Positions 45,980 through 47,657 of a DNA stretch of 47,657 nt are shown here, one piece after another. Numbering within the stretch: the stretch's first letter is position 1; every line of letters starts with the position of its first letter. Source of the DNA: a virus (taxonomy: Duplodnaviria; Caudoviricetes); the IMG/VR virus record IMGVR_UViG_3300049828_000290, positions 1 to 47,657 of that record. The stretch is one strand, 5' to 3'. The notes under the pieces are model-generated. The model was given only the letters and a program-made list of their open reading frames with translations, searched no databases and had not been told where the DNA came from. The position numbers and the translations under genes are program-made.

Positions 45980-46381
45980 TTAACTCCGGGGAGCGCGATA
46001 CTGGCTCTTGACGCCATTAATCATGGCGCCATCAACTTCCTTATTTTCAATAAAGATATCGAGCATCTTACCTTCACCACCAGCAAGGTCATAACGAATA
46101 CTTGGGTCAAGCTTATCTACACCGAGAAGCGCCTTAAAGTAACCCTGAGCAAATCCCATTGCCTTACTATTAAAATTCCAGTAGGGAATAGGATAACCAG
46201 CATACTTCTCATCACCGTTATCACCGTTACGAACAATCTTACCCTTCATACGGTAATTTGTTGAACGGCTATCCTTAGAAAGTCCTTCTTCGACCTTCTC
46301 AATGAGAACAGTATACCAACCGGGTTCAATAAGTTCACCGCGCTTGAGGTCTTCGTCTGAGAACTGAACAGGAATGGGCAT
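45980..46381 (-). CDS. DUF669-like single-stranded DNA-binding protein
   Basis: LIEPGWYTVLIEKVE...SK motif; downstream of a Sak4-like ATPase. Confidence 0.75.
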   Translation of the reverse strand: MPIPVQFSDEDLKRGELIEPGWYTVLIEKVEEGLSKDSRSTNYRMKGKIVRNGDNGDEKYAGYPIPYWNFNSKAMGFAQGYFKALLGVDKLDPSIRYDLAGGEGKMLDIFIENKEVDGAMINGVKSQYRAPRS

Positions 46382-46450
46382 TGTAATTGTCCTATGATTT
46401 TTTGGGTTATTGGTTTTGTGTTCCCGATTTATTATTTCTATCCCTACGCT

Positions 46451-46651
46451 TTACTTACCCTCAGGGCAATTCTCAGCTATCGCACGAACACCAAACATTA
46501 CTGCTGTCTGAAGATGGGTCAATGCAATTGCACTAACACGACCGGGAAAAAGCTCAATGTGTCGAGCTAATCCCTCTGCTAACTGCTTTAATTCTTCCGA
46601 CTTTTCAACGCCGTAATCGGAAATTTTAATTGAATCGTATCGAGTATCCAT
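46451..46651 (-). CDS. Acb2/Tad1-like helical-hairpin protein (putative immune-signal sponge)
   Basis: PGRVSAIALTHLQTAVMFGVRAIA. Confidence 0.6.
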   Translation of the reverse strand: MDTRYDSIKISDYGVEKSEELKQLAEGLARHIELFPGRVSAIALTHLQTAVMFGVRAIAENCPEGK

Positions 46652-47442
46652 TACTTAGCCTCATTCATCTTATCCATTGCCGGTTTAAACCACTTCTCAT
46701 AAAGTGGCTCGTCAGTAAATTCCATTTGACTAGGTAGAGCAATAGAAGTCCTAGCAAAATCATCTCCATTACTCTCGGTAATCATTACATAACTACCAGT
46801 TCCTGCAATTACACCAGGCTTAAGATTAAAGTGAATAACCTCAGTGCAAACTGCTGGAATCTTAGCAGCCGGTGCTTTCCCTGCCGTAACAATTTTACGA
46901 AGTGAGGTAGTTGAACCTTGTTTCTGTCCTGATTCAAATACGTGCGCAATTAGAATTACTGGAATTTTATGAAATGTATTAATGTCTTTAAGTAGCGCCA
47001 TCATTTCATTGATTGCACCAGCTTCGGCATTGTAGTCTTCCATTTCATTAACTGCAATACCACCGACTAATTTACCAGCTTTAGCACCAGAACTACGACT
47101 AGTTCCAATCTTTAGCTTTAATGTTTGTCTCAGCGCCGCATCAGCCATTGTGGTAACACTATCTAAGATAATGCCACCCTTATACTTACTTGCATTCATC
47201 TGCAACTGTTCGAGTTTAAGTGCAGCCTTATTCCAATCATCGTAATCATCATATTCAATAATAGATGTATCAATCCCCCATTTTTTAGCAGGAATTAAAA
47301 TACCTGACATTTTTCTATCAAATGAAAACCAATACTGAGGACCAGCTTTAGCAAAACTTAGAGCTTGAGTAGATTTACGTAATCCGGGTTCACCTTTTAA
47401 TAAGATGAATGGAGTATCAATTTTTGCATCTGATAGTTTCAT
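46651..47442 (-). CDS. AAA_24 / Sak4-like RecA-family ATPase
   Basis: LLKGEPGLRKS Walker A, IILDSVT Walker B, VILIAH. Confidence 0.85.
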   Translation of the reverse strand: MKLSDAKIDTPFILLKGEPGLRKSTQALSFAKAGPQYWFSFDRKMSGILIPAKKWGIDTSIIEYDDYDDWNKAALKLEQLQMNASKYKGGIILDSVTTMADAALRQTLKLKIGTSRSSGAKAGKLVGGIAVNEMEDYNAEAGAINEMMALLKDINTFHKIPVILIAHVFESGQKQGSTTSLRKIVTAGKAPAAKIPAVCTEVIHFNLKPGVIAGTGSYVMITESNGDDFARTSIALPSQMEFTDEPLYEKWFKPAMDKMNEAK

Positions 47443-47570
47443 TTTGTTTTAAAGCTCAACTAAATTTCGTTCGTTTTGATTACGTTCATGAATTGGGTCA
47501 AATTTAATAAAACTATCCTTATAAAATTCCTTATTAACTAATCGACGAATAAAGCAAATTATTAGATTAA

Positions 47571-47657
47571 TCATACTCTAGGAGCCATTTCCTTTCTTTC
47601 AGTTAATTCCATTTTTTGGGATTTACCACCACATTTAGGACAAAGGACATCTTTAGT
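47571..47657 (-). CDS. C-terminal half of the Zn-ribbon protein begun at 74
   Basis: TKDVLCPKCGGKSQKMELTERKEMAPRV-stop. Confidence 0.7.
   Translation of the reverse strand, partial: TKDVLCPKCGGKSQKMELTERKEMAPRV

Larger units (their letters stand above)
1..47657. mobile_element. Complete or near-complete tailed dsDNA phage genome (Caudoviricetes, podovirus-like), circularly permuted
   Basis: terL, portal, scaffold, major capsid, adaptor/nozzle and ejection genes present; no tape measure or sheath; replication module present; one ORF continues across the window ends. Confidence 0.93.

Noticed and set aside
1-47657. Stop-codon reassignment
   Set aside because: Core genes are full length in the standard code; TAA, TAG and TGA all end genes
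1-47657. Prophage or integrative element
   Set aside because: No integrase, repressor cassette or host genes, and the ends join

Overview
This window appears to be a complete, circularly permuted ~47.7 kb genome of an AT-rich (roughly mid-30s % GC by eye), tailed dsDNA bacteriophage of podovirus-like layout. A Zn-ribbon ORF is split across the two window ends. Minus-strand arm (39.6-47.6 kb, continuing 1-12.2 kb): replication/recombination genes (Sak4-like AAA ATPase, DUF669-type SSB, cold-shock protein, DUF1599/Nmad1-like protein, family-A DNA polymerase with an N-terminal UDG-like domain, DUF3987-like ATPase, Cas4-like nuclease, SNF2 helicase), two tRNA genes and many small early ORFs. Plus-strand arm (12.3-39.5 kb): terS, holin-like gene, fibre-like genes, terL, portal, scaffold, major capsid, decoration proteins, a GT2-methyltransferase fusion, adaptor/nozzle, tail fibres, a glycoside-hydrolase-like protein and ejection proteins. 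I recognise no integrase, primase or endolysin. Best leads: (1) a polymerase with an aberrant O-helix and degenerate UDG domain next to an Nmad1-like gene; (2) a ~320-nt structured non-coding RNA candidate near the cold-shock gene; (3) an Acb2/Tad1-like nucleotide sponge and an acidic micro-protein; (4) a possible virion glycosylation module; (5) a duplicated helicase C-terminus bracketing a cassette; (6) a tRNA with a 6-nt anticodon loop; (7) operator arrays and dyad elements at 10.1-11.5 kb; (8) strong GATC/GTAC avoidance with GCGCG enrichment. All family calls come from motif recognition by eye, not database searches.
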